A stretch of DNA of 64,000 nt from Actinomycetota bacterium (GCA_039177505.1 JBCDFR010000011.1:4536-68535), one strand, 5' to 3'; numbered from the stretch's first letter, positions 53,846 through 63,325 are shown. Notes: a model not told the origin generated them from the letters alone. Translations and numbers: made by a program.

Positions 53846-54898
53846 ATGTCGAGCGCAGTGCTGCAGACCTTCCCGCTCGGCCCGCAGTGGCCGACGATCG
53901 ATCCGTTCCTGTTCGTCGCCCACCACCTCGACGACTATCCGACGGGCAACCCCGACCTCGGACCCGACGCGCCGCTCAACGGACGCAACATGGGTCAGGA
54001 CTTCGCCGGCGTCGACGGCTGGAACATGTACCACGGGTCGACCGTCCCCGGGTTTCCGCAGCATCCCCACCGCGGGTTCGAGACCATCACCTACCTGCGC
54101 AGCGGGTACTGCGATCACAGCGACTCCCTCGGAGCGACGGCCCGGTTCGGACGCGGCGATGCTCAGTGGATGACTGCTGGCAAGGGCATCGTGCACGCCG
54201 AGATGTTCCCACTCTTGTCGGCCGACGACCCCAACCCTCTCGAGTTGTTCCAGATCTGGCTCAATCTGCCGGCGAGCGACAAGATGGTCGAGCCGTACTT
54301 CACGATGTTGTGGAGCCACGACACACCAACGCTGGTCGGCGCTGGCGATGGTGGCGCCGGTCTGGTCGACATCACGGTCATCGCTGGCTCCCTCGATGGC
54401 ACGCGGGGCCAAGCACCACCACCAAACTCGTGGGCTGCTCGTGCCGAGGCCGACGTGGGGATCTGGCATCTGCGCTTCGATCCGGGCGCTCGCTGGACGA
54501 TGCCACCGACCGTCGCCGCCGATGCACATCGCGTGATCTACGCCTTCGCCGGATCGAGTCTGTCGATCGCAGGCGAGGTCGTCGACGCCGGTACCGGAGC
54601 CGCAGTCGATCCACGCCGGCCGCTCGAGCTCATCGCCGGCCCAGAGGGCGTGGAGTGCATGGTCTTGCAGGGCCGCCCGATCGGTGAGCCGGTCGCGCAG
54701 TACGGACCGTTCGTCATGAACACCCGCGCCCAGATCGAGCAGGCCTTCGCCGACTATCAACGCACCGGCTTCGGAGGGTGGCCGTGGCCCGCCGACGATC
54801 CGAATCACGGCCCTGAATCACGACGGTTCGCCCGTCACGCTGACGGCCGTATCGAACGCTTCGACGACGAGGGCGTCCTCGAACACAGCGCCTCCTGA
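53846..54898 (+). CDS. Pirin-family protein
   Basis: ATG 53846 gives MSSAVLQTFPLGP. Metal site GFPQHPHRGFETITY; WMTAGKGIVHAEMF. A second cupin half is present. Confidence 0.85.
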   Translation: MSSAVLQTFPLGPQWPTIDPFLFVAHHLDDYPTGNPDLGPDAPLNGRNMGQDFAGVDGWNMYHGSTVPGFPQHPHRGFETITYLRSGYCDHSDSLGATARFGRGDAQWMTAGKGIVHAEMFPLLSADDPNPLELFQIWLNLPASDKMVEPYFTMLWSHDTPTLVGAGDGGAGLVDITVIAGSLDGTRGQAPPPNSWAARAEADVGIWHLRFDPGARWTMPPTVAADAHRVIYAFAGSSLSIAGEVVDAGTGAAVDPRRPLELIAGPEGVECMVLQGRPIGEPVAQYGPFVMNTRAQIEQAFADYQRTGFGGWPWPADDPNHGPESRRFARHADGRIERFDDEGVLEHSAS

Positions 54899-54909
54899 CG
54901 CGGCCGGCT

Positions 54910-56067
54910 TCAGCGCGTGCGCACGTCGAGCGCATCGCGCAGCGCCAGCGCCCTGGAGGCGGCCTCACTGGCCACCGTCGAGCGCACGGTGAGATGACCC
55001 ATTTTGCGCCCCGGGCGCGGCTCGGCCTTGCCGTACAAGTGCAGCTTCGCCGTGGCATCGCCGAGCGCCGACGTCCAACCCGGTGCACTGTCGGCGTCCG
55101 GCGCGGTGCCCCAGACATCGCCGAGCAGGTTGACCATCGCGACCGCAGGCGTGGTCATCTCCGGTGATCCCAGCGCCTGGCCGCACACGGCACGGATCTG
55201 TTGTTCGAACTGCGATGTCACGCTGGCATCGATCGTCCAATGACCACTGTTGTGTGGCCTCGGAGCGAGTTCGTTCACGAGCAACTCGCCGTCGACCACG
55301 AACATCTCCACCGCCAACACACCGCAGTAGTCGAGCGCGTCGGCGATGGCCATGGCCAGGCCGGTCGCCCGGTCGGCCAGTCGGGACGACACGTTCGCCG
55401 GCACGACGCTCAGGTCGAGGATGCCGTCGGCGTGACGGTTCTCGGCAACGGCGTAGGTCTCGACGTCGCCGTCGCCGCGTCGACCGACCACCACGCTCAC
55501 TTCGGTGTCGAGTGCAAGACGCGACTCGACCACGCATGGCACGCCACCCAGCTCGGCCCATGCGGCCAGGAGTTCGGCGTCGTCGAGCACCGTTCGCTGG
55601 CCTTTGCCGTCGTAGCCGAGGCGGGCGGTCTTAATGATCGAAGGGACATCGATGTGCGCCGTGGTGGCATCGTCGGTCAGCACCTGGTGCTGACCAACCG
55701 GGAACCCGTTGTCGACGAGGAAACGCTTCTCGGCGATGCGGTCTTGGGCGATCGACACGGCGTGTGGTGACGGCGCCACACGGGTGCGTTCGGCAAGCCA
55801 TGACAGCGCTGCGGCCGGCGGGTTCTCGAACTCGGTCGTTACCACGGCGCACCGCCGAGCCATCTCGGCCAGCGCGGTACGGTCGTCGTATGCGGCGATG
55901 AGGTGCTCGTCGGCGACGACGCCGGCCGGAGCGCCAGGGTCTGGGTCGAGCACGATCGTCCGATACCCCATCTGCGTCGCCGCGATCAGCGCAAACTTGC
56001 CGAGCTGTCCACCACCGAGCATTCCGATGGTGGCCGGCGGTGAGATCGGTCCGACCGCGCCGGTCAT
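54910..56067 (-). CDS. purK: N5-carboxyaminoimidazole ribonucleotide synthase
   Basis: IGMLGGGQLGKF; ATP-grasp blocks KTARLGYDGKGQ and EMFVVDGELLVNELAPRPHNSGHWT. It overlaps the purE stop by 4 nt. Confidence 0.9.
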   Translation of the reverse strand: MTGAVGPISPPATIGMLGGGQLGKFALIAATQMGYRTIVLDPDPGAPAGVVADEHLIAAYDDRTALAEMARRCAVVTTEFENPPAAALSWLAERTRVAPSPHAVSIAQDRIAEKRFLVDNGFPVGQHQVLTDDATTAHIDVPSIIKTARLGYDGKGQRTVLDDAELLAAWAELGGVPCVVESRLALDTEVSVVVGRRGDGDVETYAVAENRHADGILDLSVVPANVSSRLADRATGLAMAIADALDYCGVLAVEMFVVDGELLVNELAPRPHNSGHWTIDASVTSQFEQQIRAVCGQALGSPEMTTPAVAMVNLLGDVWGTAPDADSAPGWTSALGDATAKLHLYGKAEPRPGRKMGHLTVRSTVASEAASRALALRDALDVRTR

Positions 56068-56579
56068 GAGGGCGGCAGCTCGGACTCAGCAGCCTGGTGG
56101 CGGCGTTCGCGGCGGTACCGATCGAGGCGGGCCGCGAGGTCGGCGTCGTCGGGGGCGAGCAATGCGATGGCGAACAACGCCGCATTGACCGCGCCAGCAC
56201 GGCCGATGGCGAAGGTGGCAACGGGAACCCCTGCGGGCATCTGAACAATCGAATACAACGAGTCCTGCCCACCGAGGTGGCGCGTCGGGGCCGGTACACC
56301 GAGCACGGGCACGGTCGTCTTCGCTGCCAACATGCCCGGCAGATGGGCGGCACCGCCGGCACAGGCGATGATCGCCCGCAGCCCCCGATCGTTCGCCGAT
56401 TCGGCATAGGCGAACATCTCATCGGGCATGCGATGAGCGCTGACCACCTCGGCCTCGTGCGCGACCGCAAAGGTCGTCAGCGTGTCGACGGCGTGTTCCA
56501 TCGTTGGCCAGTCGCTCGTCGACCCCATGACGACGCCGACGTCGACCTCGGCACGTTCGGTCGACCGATTCTCTGTCAC
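56064..56579 (-). CDS. purE: N5-carboxyaminoimidazole ribonucleotide mutase
   Basis: GTG 56579. VGVVMGSTSDWPTM; VVSAHRMPD; AGGAAHLPGMLAA.TTVPVLGVP. Confidence 0.9.
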   Translation of the reverse strand: MTENRSTERAEVDVGVVMGSTSDWPTMEHAVDTLTTFAVAHEAEVVSAHRMPDEMFAYAESANDRGLRAIIACAGGAAHLPGMLAAKTTVPVLGVPAPTRHLGGQDSLYSIVQMPAGVPVATFAIGRAGAVNAALFAIALLAPDDADLAARLDRYRRERRHQAAESELPPS

Positions 56580-56611
56580 GGTCGCAGCGTAGGAGCTGCG
56601 ACGATGACGCG

Positions 56612-57391
56612 ATGGTCTCGACCTCCCTTCACGACCGCCCACTGGCCGGACGAGCCGCGCTCGTCACCGGTGTGTCGCGTGAGATCGGCATCGCCGCGGC
56701 GATCGTGCGGCGTCTCCACGATGCGGGCGCAGCGGTCACGGCCACCGGCTGGCCACCACACGACGACGAACAACCGTGGGACGGCACACTCGCTGCGCTC
56801 CCGATCGAGGTGGCTCGCGACGACCTCGCCGATCCGACGGTGCCTGCGGCGATCGTCGACCGCGCCGTCGGCGAACACGGCCGGCTCGACATCGTGGTCG
56901 CCACGCACGCTCGGAGCTCCAGCTTCGACCTCGCAGCCACGACGGCCGCCGAGCTGGATCTGTGCTGGGCAGTCAACGTGCGCAGCGTGGTACTGCTCGC
57001 CCAGCGCTTCGCTGATGTCCACGAACCGGCACCGGCTGACCTCCCGCCGATCGGGCGAATGATCTGGTTCACCAGCGGGCAGGGTCGAGGACCGATGCCT
57101 GGCGAGTTGCCCTATGCGATCACCAAAGGTGCGCTCCACCAGATGACCGCATCGATCAACGAGGCACTTGCGCCGTCGCGAATCGTGGCCACCTGCATCA
57201 ATCCGGGTCCGGTCGACACGGGGTACGCCGACGACACGCTGCACGCCGCTGTCGCTCGCCGATTCCCCGACGAACGGTGGGGTCGGCCCGACGACACCGC
57301 CAGCATCGTCACCGCGCTGGCCGGCGATGATCTCAGCTGGATTCGCGGTCAGGTGATCGACGCCGACGGCGGGTTCCGCTACGTCGAGTAG
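56612..57391 (+). CDS. SDR-family oxidoreductase
   Basis: LAGRAALVTGVSREIGIAAAI. Catalytic Y-x3-K in LPYAITKGAL, followed by INPGPVDTG. Confidence 0.8.
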   Translation: MVSTSLHDRPLAGRAALVTGVSREIGIAAAIVRRLHDAGAAVTATGWPPHDDEQPWDGTLAALPIEVARDDLADPTVPAAIVDRAVGEHGRLDIVVATHARSSSFDLAATTAAELDLCWAVNVRSVVLLAQRFADVHEPAPADLPPIGRMIWFTSGQGRGPMPGELPYAITKGALHQMTASINEALAPSRIVATCINPGPVDTGYADDTLHAAVARRFPDERWGRPDDTASIVTALAGDDLSWIRGQVIDADGGFRYVE

Positions 57392-57407
57392 CAGCTACGT
57401 TCACAAC

Positions 57408-57968
57408 ATGGTCAGCTCAGCTCTCGTCATCGTCGATGTGCAAAACGACTACTTCACGGACGGCAAGTTTCCGTTACAGGGGATGGCAGCCGCTGCCGAG
57501 CGCGCCCAGCGAGCCCTCGAACACGCCCGTTCGAGCCAACTCGCCGTGTTCCACGTTCGCCACGAGATCCCTGTCGAGGGCGCGCCATTCTTCGAGCCGG
57601 GCACGGCGGGCGCCGAGATTCACCACCTCGTCGCACCGGACGGCGACGAACCGGTCGTGACCAAGCATTACCCGAACAGCTTTCGCGAGACGTCGCTCGA
57701 GCGGCAGCTGCGCGACGCCACAATCGACGAGGTCGTGGTGGTCGGGGCGCAGAGCAACATGTGCATCGACGCCACGGCACGCGCCGCCAACGACCTCGGA
57801 TTCAAGGTGCGCGTGCTCCACGATGCGTGCGCGGCCAAAGAGCAGCGGTTCGACGGCGTCGAGATTCCCGCCGACACCGTGCACCGTACGTTCATGGCTG
57901 CGCTCGTACCGGCGTACGCGACCGTCACGACCACCGAACAATTCATCGACGGATCCACCGGCAACTGA
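57408..57968 (+). CDS. Isochorismatase-family cysteine hydrolase
   Basis: ALVIVDVQNDYF; TKHYPNSF; the nucleophile Cys is in VVVGAQSNMCIDATARAA. Confidence 0.85.
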   Translation: MVSSALVIVDVQNDYFTDGKFPLQGMAAAAERAQRALEHARSSQLAVFHVRHEIPVEGAPFFEPGTAGAEIHHLVAPDGDEPVVTKHYPNSFRETSLERQLRDATIDEVVVVGAQSNMCIDATARAANDLGFKVRVLHDACAAKEQRFDGVEIPADTVHRTFMAALVPAYATVTTTEQFIDGSTGN

Positions 57969-57977
57969 GCGTCGAGA

Positions 57978-60377
57978 TCAGACGAGTTCGCGGCGCTCGC
58001 TCACGCGGAGCGCGACGTAGCCCGGAATCGTCGGGAACCAGAAGTTGATCAGCCGGAACAACAACACCGCTGCCCACGCAGTGGCGTCGTCGACGCCGGC
58101 GTTGCTCAGCACCAGCACCAAGGCGGCCTCGATCGCCCCCACCCCACCCGGCGTCGGCACCGCCGACGCCACCGTGTTCGCACCGAGGTACAGCGCACCC
58201 AACTCGGCGAACGCCAAGTCGATGTCGAACGCCCGGCAGGCTGCAGCGAACGCCACGATCGTGGTCAACTTGCTGAGTCCGGCCCCACCGAACAACAGCA
58301 ACAGCTTCCCCGGTCGACGGGCCAGTTCGCCGAAGTCGCGTCGAATCTTGTCGCGCGTCGAGCGCACGAATCCGATCACCCACTGGCGCAAGCGCGGCGT
58401 CAGTGCAATCAACACCGCAGCGATCACCGCTGCGACAACGAACACCGCGATCATCGTGCCCAGCGCACCACCGCTCTCGTTTCCACGATCGAGGCTCAAC
58501 CCGGCGGTCGGATCGGAACTACTCCAGAGGAAGAAGAACGCGATGAATCCCACTTGCATCACGCCGCTCGCGGCAGAGGTGAGACCGATGGCCGCGGTGG
58601 CCACCGTGGTGTCGGTGCCCCCTTTCTGGAGGTAGCGGATACGCATCGCCATCCCGCCGGCGTTCATCGGCGTGAACCGATTGAGGAACGACTGCCCGAA
58701 CATGATCACCGTGGACTCGCCGAGTGGGACGTCGCGCACGACGGAACCCGACAACGACATGGCCCCGCCAACGGTGCCGATGAGCGTGGCGATAAGCACG
58801 GGGATCGCCCACCACCACTTGGCATCGCTCATCGCATCGGTGATGTCCGACCAACTGCTGGCGAGGCCCAGGATGAAGAACGCCAGCACGGCGAAGCCGA
58901 CCCAGCTGACGATCTTGGCGACGCTGATCCGGTCGAGCTGTTCGAGCTCGACCGGCGGCACGTCCAGCCGCTCTTGGAGACCGCCGCGTAACGCCTCGAG
59001 TCGCTCCTTGTCCTTGCGCACCGCACGCCGTGTCGCCGCAGGCAATGCCGCAGGCTGAATGAACGCCAGCGCGCGTTCAAGCGTCGGCCGCGCGCTGGTC
59101 GTCGCGGCATCGAGCGCGCGGTCGACGCCGACGACCAGGGCCGTGCTCACCAGCATCTCGGCGGCGTCGACGGCGAGCTGATCGTTCGACGCCGAGAGCC
59201 GGGCGAACTCGAGATCGACCAGCGCGACCTCGTCGCCATCGATGTAGATGTGTCGACGGGTCAGCGAGCGATGAGCGATGCGCGCGGCGTGGAGGCGATC
59301 GAGCTGACGCCACGCGTCGAGCAGTGCAGCATCGCTGACCTGCGCCGGGTCGTCGACGTTGCCAATGGGCACGCCGGTCGCCGCCTCGAGCGCGATGACT
59401 GCGCCGGCGCCTCCACCGGGGGCGACGGCCACCACATCGGGGGTGCGCACCTCTGCGCGCCGGGCCATGGCGGTGACGAGCCCCTGATGCGCGACGCGTC
59501 GATCGGGCTGCACCGACAACGTGTCGACGTCGACCGACTGCACGCGCACCGCCCGCACGAGTTGTGAGAGCAACGCGGCGTCGCGATCGTCACGGTCGAC
59601 GTAGGCGACCACGATCGGACCGTCTTCTCCGCTGCCGACGTAGCTGCGCCGACCGGTCATCGACGTTTCGTCACGCAGGTCGTGCACCGTGTACCCGCTC
59701 GCGGCGAGCACATCACGCAAGGTCGATGCGCCGGGTCGCCGGATTGGCGAACCGAACGCGACCAGCACGGCGGATCCGATCACCCCGCCGAGCGCAACTG
59801 TGACCGCGATGTTGACAGGTGCCTGCACGGCCGTGACGACGCGCATCAAGATCGTCAACCAGACGACCGTCCATGCTGCGATCCGCCACATCTTCGGCAG
59901 CAGAGGTGCGATGACGATGGCGCCGGCGACCATCGCCGCGAGGTACGAGGTGGATGGAAACGACGTCGACGCGAACGAGTTCGACGGCAGGTCGTCGATC
60001 ACCTGCGGCGGCACGACTCGATCGAGCCAGCCGGTCAGCGCCCACATCACGAGCGCCGCAGCAACGCCGGCGCCGACGACGCTGCCGATCTCTGCGAGCT
60101 GTCGGCGGACGACCAACCAACCGATCACGATCGTGGGCACGACCACGATCGAGATCTGGGCCACGCCAACCAGGGCGTAGCGCGCCGGCTGCGGCAAGCC
60201 CGCGAAGAACTGCACAAGGTCGGCCGATGCGCTCCGCAACGCCGCCGGGATCAACGCGCTGAGTGCGAGCGCAAGTGCGAGTAGCGCGCCCCACCCGGCG
60301 AGCCGGGCGATGTCGCCGGGATGTCGTCGCCAGTCCCGGCGGTCCCGCTCGCGCAGCTCGGTCACGACGAACAGCAT
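57978..60377 (-). CDS. Polytopic membrane protein: N-terminal TM bundle + kinase-like (probably pseudokinase) domain + C-terminal UPF0104 / lysyl-phosphatidylglycerol-synthase-TM-like (flippase-like) domain
   Basis: About 6 N-terminal TM segments. The central soluble domain has ARIAHRSLTRRHIYIDGDEVALVDLEFA (kinase/APH-like catalytic-loop layout, with Ser in place of the catalytic Asp). The C-terminal 8-TM region has FLNRFTPMNAGGMAMRIRYL and ASAVPTPGGVGAIEAAL. Confidence 0.75.
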   Translation of the reverse strand: MLFVVTELRERDRRDWRRHPGDIARLAGWGALLALALALSALIPAALRSASADLVQFFAGLPQPARYALVGVAQISIVVVPTIVIGWLVVRRQLAEIGSVVGAGVAAALVMWALTGWLDRVVPPQVIDDLPSNSFASTSFPSTSYLAAMVAGAIVIAPLLPKMWRIAAWTVVWLTILMRVVTAVQAPVNIAVTVALGGVIGSAVLVAFGSPIRRPGASTLRDVLAASGYTVHDLRDETSMTGRRSYVGSGEDGPIVVAYVDRDDRDAALLSQLVRAVRVQSVDVDTLSVQPDRRVAHQGLVTAMARRAEVRTPDVVAVAPGGGAGAVIALEAATGVPIGNVDDPAQVSDAALLDAWRQLDRLHAARIAHRSLTRRHIYIDGDEVALVDLEFARLSASNDQLAVDAAEMLVSTALVVGVDRALDAATTSARPTLERALAFIQPAALPAATRRAVRKDKERLEALRGGLQERLDVPPVELEQLDRISVAKIVSWVGFAVLAFFILGLASSWSDITDAMSDAKWWWAIPVLIATLIGTVGGAMSLSGSVVRDVPLGESTVIMFGQSFLNRFTPMNAGGMAMRIRYLQKGGTDTTVATAAIGLTSAASGVMQVGFIAFFFLWSSSDPTAGLSLDRGNESGGALGTMIAVFVVAAVIAAVLIALTPRLRQWVIGFVRSTRDKIRRDFGELARRPGKLLLLFGGAGLSKLTTIVAFAAACRAFDIDLAFAELGALYLGANTVASAVPTPGGVGAIEAALVLVLSNAGVDDATAWAAVLLFRLINFWFPTIPGYVALRVSERRELV

Positions 60378-60504
60378 GACCGATGGGACACGCGCGATCG
60401 GCGACGTTGGCCGACCGGCGATGAGGACCTTCGACCCTCACGTTCCATCGCACAACGGGAGGAGACTCGATGCTCGTGAACCCCTCTGTACGGGAGTGTG
60501 CCCA

Positions 60505-61935
60505 ATGTCAGTGATCGAACGCCCGCCCACCGAAGAGTCGACAGCTCTGCCACCGAACGAGCCGGGCGGCAAGCTGTTGAGCGGCGCGATCTTCGCCCTC
60601 GGTGCCTCACTGGTGGTGTTGGTGGTCGCCGGGTTGCTGGTGCTCGCGCTCGTCGCCATCTTGAACGACAGCGGTGGAAGCGGCGACGGCGGCGGCACAG
60701 CGGTGTCGAGCAACCTCGACATCTCGCTGACCGAGTTCGCGATCGAGGGCGAACTGTCGGCGCCCGCCGGTGAAGTGACGTTGAACGTCGTGAACGCCGG
60801 GGCGATCGAGCACAACGTGGCGGTGCGCGAGCTCGGCGTCCGCAGCAGCGACATGATGTCGCGTGGTGTCGACACGCTCGAGTTGGGAACGCTCGTTCCC
60901 GGTACCTACGAGCTGTATTGCGACATCTCCGGACACGCCGAGTCCGGCATGGTCGCCGAACTGACGATCACCGAGGGCGACGCCTTCGAGCCGGCAGACA
61001 TCGCCGGCGATCACGCAGGATTCACCAACGAGGAGATCGACCAGTTGATGATCGATTCGATGCTCGCCTACCCAGCAGAGACCGAGGGCCTGGGTGCTCA
61101 GGTGCTCGAGCCGGAGATCCTCGCCGATGGCACGAAGCGGTTCGAGCTGGTCGCCGAGGTGATCCCTTGGGAGGTCGCACCCGGCGAGTTCGTCGAGGCC
61201 TGGGCCTACAACGGCCAGGTCCCGGGACCGTGGATCCAGCTCGACGTCGGCGATCAAGTCGAAGTCGAGCTGACGAACCTCACGCCGATGTCGACCGACA
61301 TCCACTGGCACGGGATCCACACACCGAACACCCAAGACGGTGTGTCGCCGTACACCCAGGACCCGATCCGGACCGGGGAGTCATTCACCTACGAGTTCAC
61401 CGCCGAGGATCCGGCGATCGGCATGTACCACGCGCACATGCACAGCCAGACCTCGGTGATCAACGGGATGTTCGCCCCACTCACCATTGGTGACAACCCG
61501 ATCCCGTACGGCGAGACCTTCTCGGGCGTGACCATCCCCGAAGACCTCGAGCTGGCGTTCGAGGAACCGATGGTGCTCAACGACGCCGGCACGATCGGGC
61601 TGTCGTTGAACGGCAAGAGCTTCCCGGCGACAGCTCCATTGGTGATGAACGAGGGCGAGTGGGGTGTGATCCACTACTACAACGAGGGCCTGACATCGCA
61701 CCCGATGCACCTGCACCAGTTCCCACAGCTGGTGTACGCCAAGGACGGCATTCCCCTCGACAACCCGTACTGGGCCGACACGATCAACGTGGCCCCCGGC
61801 GAGCGTTACTCGATCCTGTTCCAGGCGGACACCCCCGGTACCTGGGTGTTCCACTGCCACATCCTCACCCACGTCGAACGCACCGACGGCATGTTCGGCA
61901 TGGTCACCGCTGTCGTGGTCAACGAGAACACCTGA
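60505..61935 (+). CDS. Membrane-anchored cupredoxin domain fused to a two-domain multicopper oxidase
   Basis: ATG 60505. TM anchor AIFALGASLVVLVVAGLLVLALVAIL. T1-type site H..(YELYCDISGHAESGM). MCO ligands HWHGIH, YHAHMH, HPMHLH, HCHILTH...M. Confidence 0.85.
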   Translation: MSVIERPPTEESTALPPNEPGGKLLSGAIFALGASLVVLVVAGLLVLALVAILNDSGGSGDGGGTAVSSNLDISLTEFAIEGELSAPAGEVTLNVVNAGAIEHNVAVRELGVRSSDMMSRGVDTLELGTLVPGTYELYCDISGHAESGMVAELTITEGDAFEPADIAGDHAGFTNEEIDQLMIDSMLAYPAETEGLGAQVLEPEILADGTKRFELVAEVIPWEVAPGEFVEAWAYNGQVPGPWIQLDVGDQVEVELTNLTPMSTDIHWHGIHTPNTQDGVSPYTQDPIRTGESFTYEFTAEDPAIGMYHAHMHSQTSVINGMFAPLTIGDNPIPYGETFSGVTIPEDLELAFEEPMVLNDAGTIGLSLNGKSFPATAPLVMNEGEWGVIHYYNEGLTSHPMHLHQFPQLVYAKDGIPLDNPYWADTINVAPGERYSILFQADTPGTWVFHCHILTHVERTDGMFGMVTAVVVNENT

Positions 61936-61938
61936 GTC

Positions 61939-62355
61939 GTGAACACGCTGCCAGTACGCCCGACCCTCCCAATCGCTCGCGGGCGCCATCGCCAACTGCA
62001 CGAGCTCGTCGGTGTAGTGGTGTCGGTCGTGCTGGTTGCCGTGTTCGCCGTCTCGTGTGGTCGCGGTAGCGTCGGCTCGTCGAGCAACGAGCCGACGTTC
62101 ACCTTCGTGATCCCCGACGGGTCGGCCGAACGGGTCGAGCAGGGCGAGAAACTCGACATCCTGCCGGCCACGCTCGAAGCGGATCTGAACGACACGATCG
62201 TCATCCGCAACGAGGACCACCATCCACACTTCCTCGGTCCGTGGTTTCTCGGACCACGCGAAACCCTGCGCCAACGGTTCACCACCGTGGGGGTCTTCGA
62301 AGGGACGTGCAGCGTGCACCCCTCCGGCGAATTCGCCGTCGTCGTCGGGGCCTGA
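61939..62355 (+). CDS. Putative cupredoxin-like lipoprotein (function unknown), translationally coupled to the oxidase gene
   Basis: GTG 61939 lies 3 nt after the upstream stop. Lipobox-like VAVFAVSCG. Possible Cu ligands are in DHHPHF and GTCSVHPSG. No secure family assignment. Confidence 0.45.
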   Translation: MNTLPVRPTLPIARGRHRQLHELVGVVVSVVLVAVFAVSCGRGSVGSSSNEPTFTFVIPDGSAERVEQGEKLDILPATLEADLNDTIVIRNEDHHPHFLGPWFLGPRETLRQRFTTVGVFEGTCSVHPSGEFAVVVGA

Positions 62356-62377
62356 CGCGTCGCCGAGCGAGATCCGC

Positions 62378-62773
62378 TCAGGTCAGTTCGGAGATCTCGA
62401 ACAGATGACCCGACGGGTCGCGGAAGAACGCCCGGGTCTCGCCCTCTCGAACGTGCGGCGCCGCAAGGAACTCCGCGCCCCGTCGGCTGAGCAGCTCGTA
62501 CGTCCCGACGCAGTCCGCAACGCGGAAGATGATCTGGGCGGACACCTGATCAGGATCGGCCGGAGGTCGCAGCATCACTGCCGGCTTGCCCTCGTCGGGT
62601 CCGCCGCCGGTCACCAACAACACCCAGTTCCCGAGCAGCTCGAGCACGACCGAGGTCCCGCCGTACTCGCCGTACACGGTCGCCTCGAGCACCCCGACGT
62701 ACCAGTCGCGACTCGCTTCGACATCGTCGACGACGAGCATCGTGGTGAGCGCCGACGCCTCGAAGTGACCCAT
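62378..62773 (-). CDS. VOC (glyoxalase/bleomycin-resistance) family protein
   Basis: ATG 62773 gives MGHFEAS. VVDDVEASRDWYVGVLEA; the C-terminus FFRDPSGHLFEI is typical of the fold. Confidence 0.75.
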   Translation of the reverse strand: MGHFEASALTTMLVVDDVEASRDWYVGVLEATVYGEYGGTSVVLELLGNWVLLVTGGGPDEGKPAVMLRPPADPDQVSAQIIFRVADCVGTYELLSRRGAEFLAAPHVREGETRAFFRDPSGHLFEISELT

Positions 62774-62800
62774 CGCTCGACCGTGCTGCACCGAGGGCGA

Positions 62801-63244
62801 TCAGCCGGCGGTCCAGCGCTGCATGCCGCCCATCCCGTACTGCTTGAGTACCAGCGCTCGGTTCGGGGTGATCGCCAAGAACGCCGTGTCGGGTGAGTTA
62901 TCGGGGCCGCCCGGAGCAAACGCGTTGAGGTCGTAGTCGAACACGCCTTCCCACAAGCGACGCTTTGTCTCGATGTCGGTGAACAACTCGGCGGTGCCCC
63001 ACACCTCGACACCATCACCAACCTCGGTGACCTGCCAGTGCAGCGCCACCTTTGGATTGGCAGCGACGTTGCGGGCCTTGACCGACGTGTTGCCGACCAT
63101 CGACCAACACATCGAACCTTCCCAACACGGGTGCACCGGGACCACATCGGGCTCGCCATCGGCCCCCACCGTGGCCAAGTGGGCCCACGGGCTGAGCGCG
63201 GCGGCCGCGGCTTTCACTCCATCGAGATCGATCTGATCGCTCAT
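62801..63244 (-). CDS. Pyridoxamine 5'-phosphate oxidase (PPOX)-family flavin/deazaflavin-binding protein
   Basis: WAHLATVGADGEPDVVPVH...KARNVAANPKVALH. The size and split-barrel block order fit the family. Confidence 0.65.
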   Translation of the reverse strand: MSDQIDLDGVKAAAAALSPWAHLATVGADGEPDVVPVHPCWEGSMCWSMVGNTSVKARNVAANPKVALHWQVTEVGDGVEVWGTAELFTDIETKRRLWEGVFDYDLNAFAPGGPDNSPDTAFLAITPNRALVLKQYGMGGMQRWTAG

Positions 63245-63325
63245 GCCGCGACCGTACCGCGCACGAGCGAATCACCATCGAGGGGTGGAACATCGACGCT
63301 CGGTCGGAGGTTGTACTAGACCCAG

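Noticed and set aside
52549-54687. Long ORFs 52549..53577 (-), 52883..53662 (+) and 53260..54687 (+)
   Set aside because: These are alternative frames over the AceE-like, trmB and pirin genes. The products are Arg/Pro-rich with no motifs.
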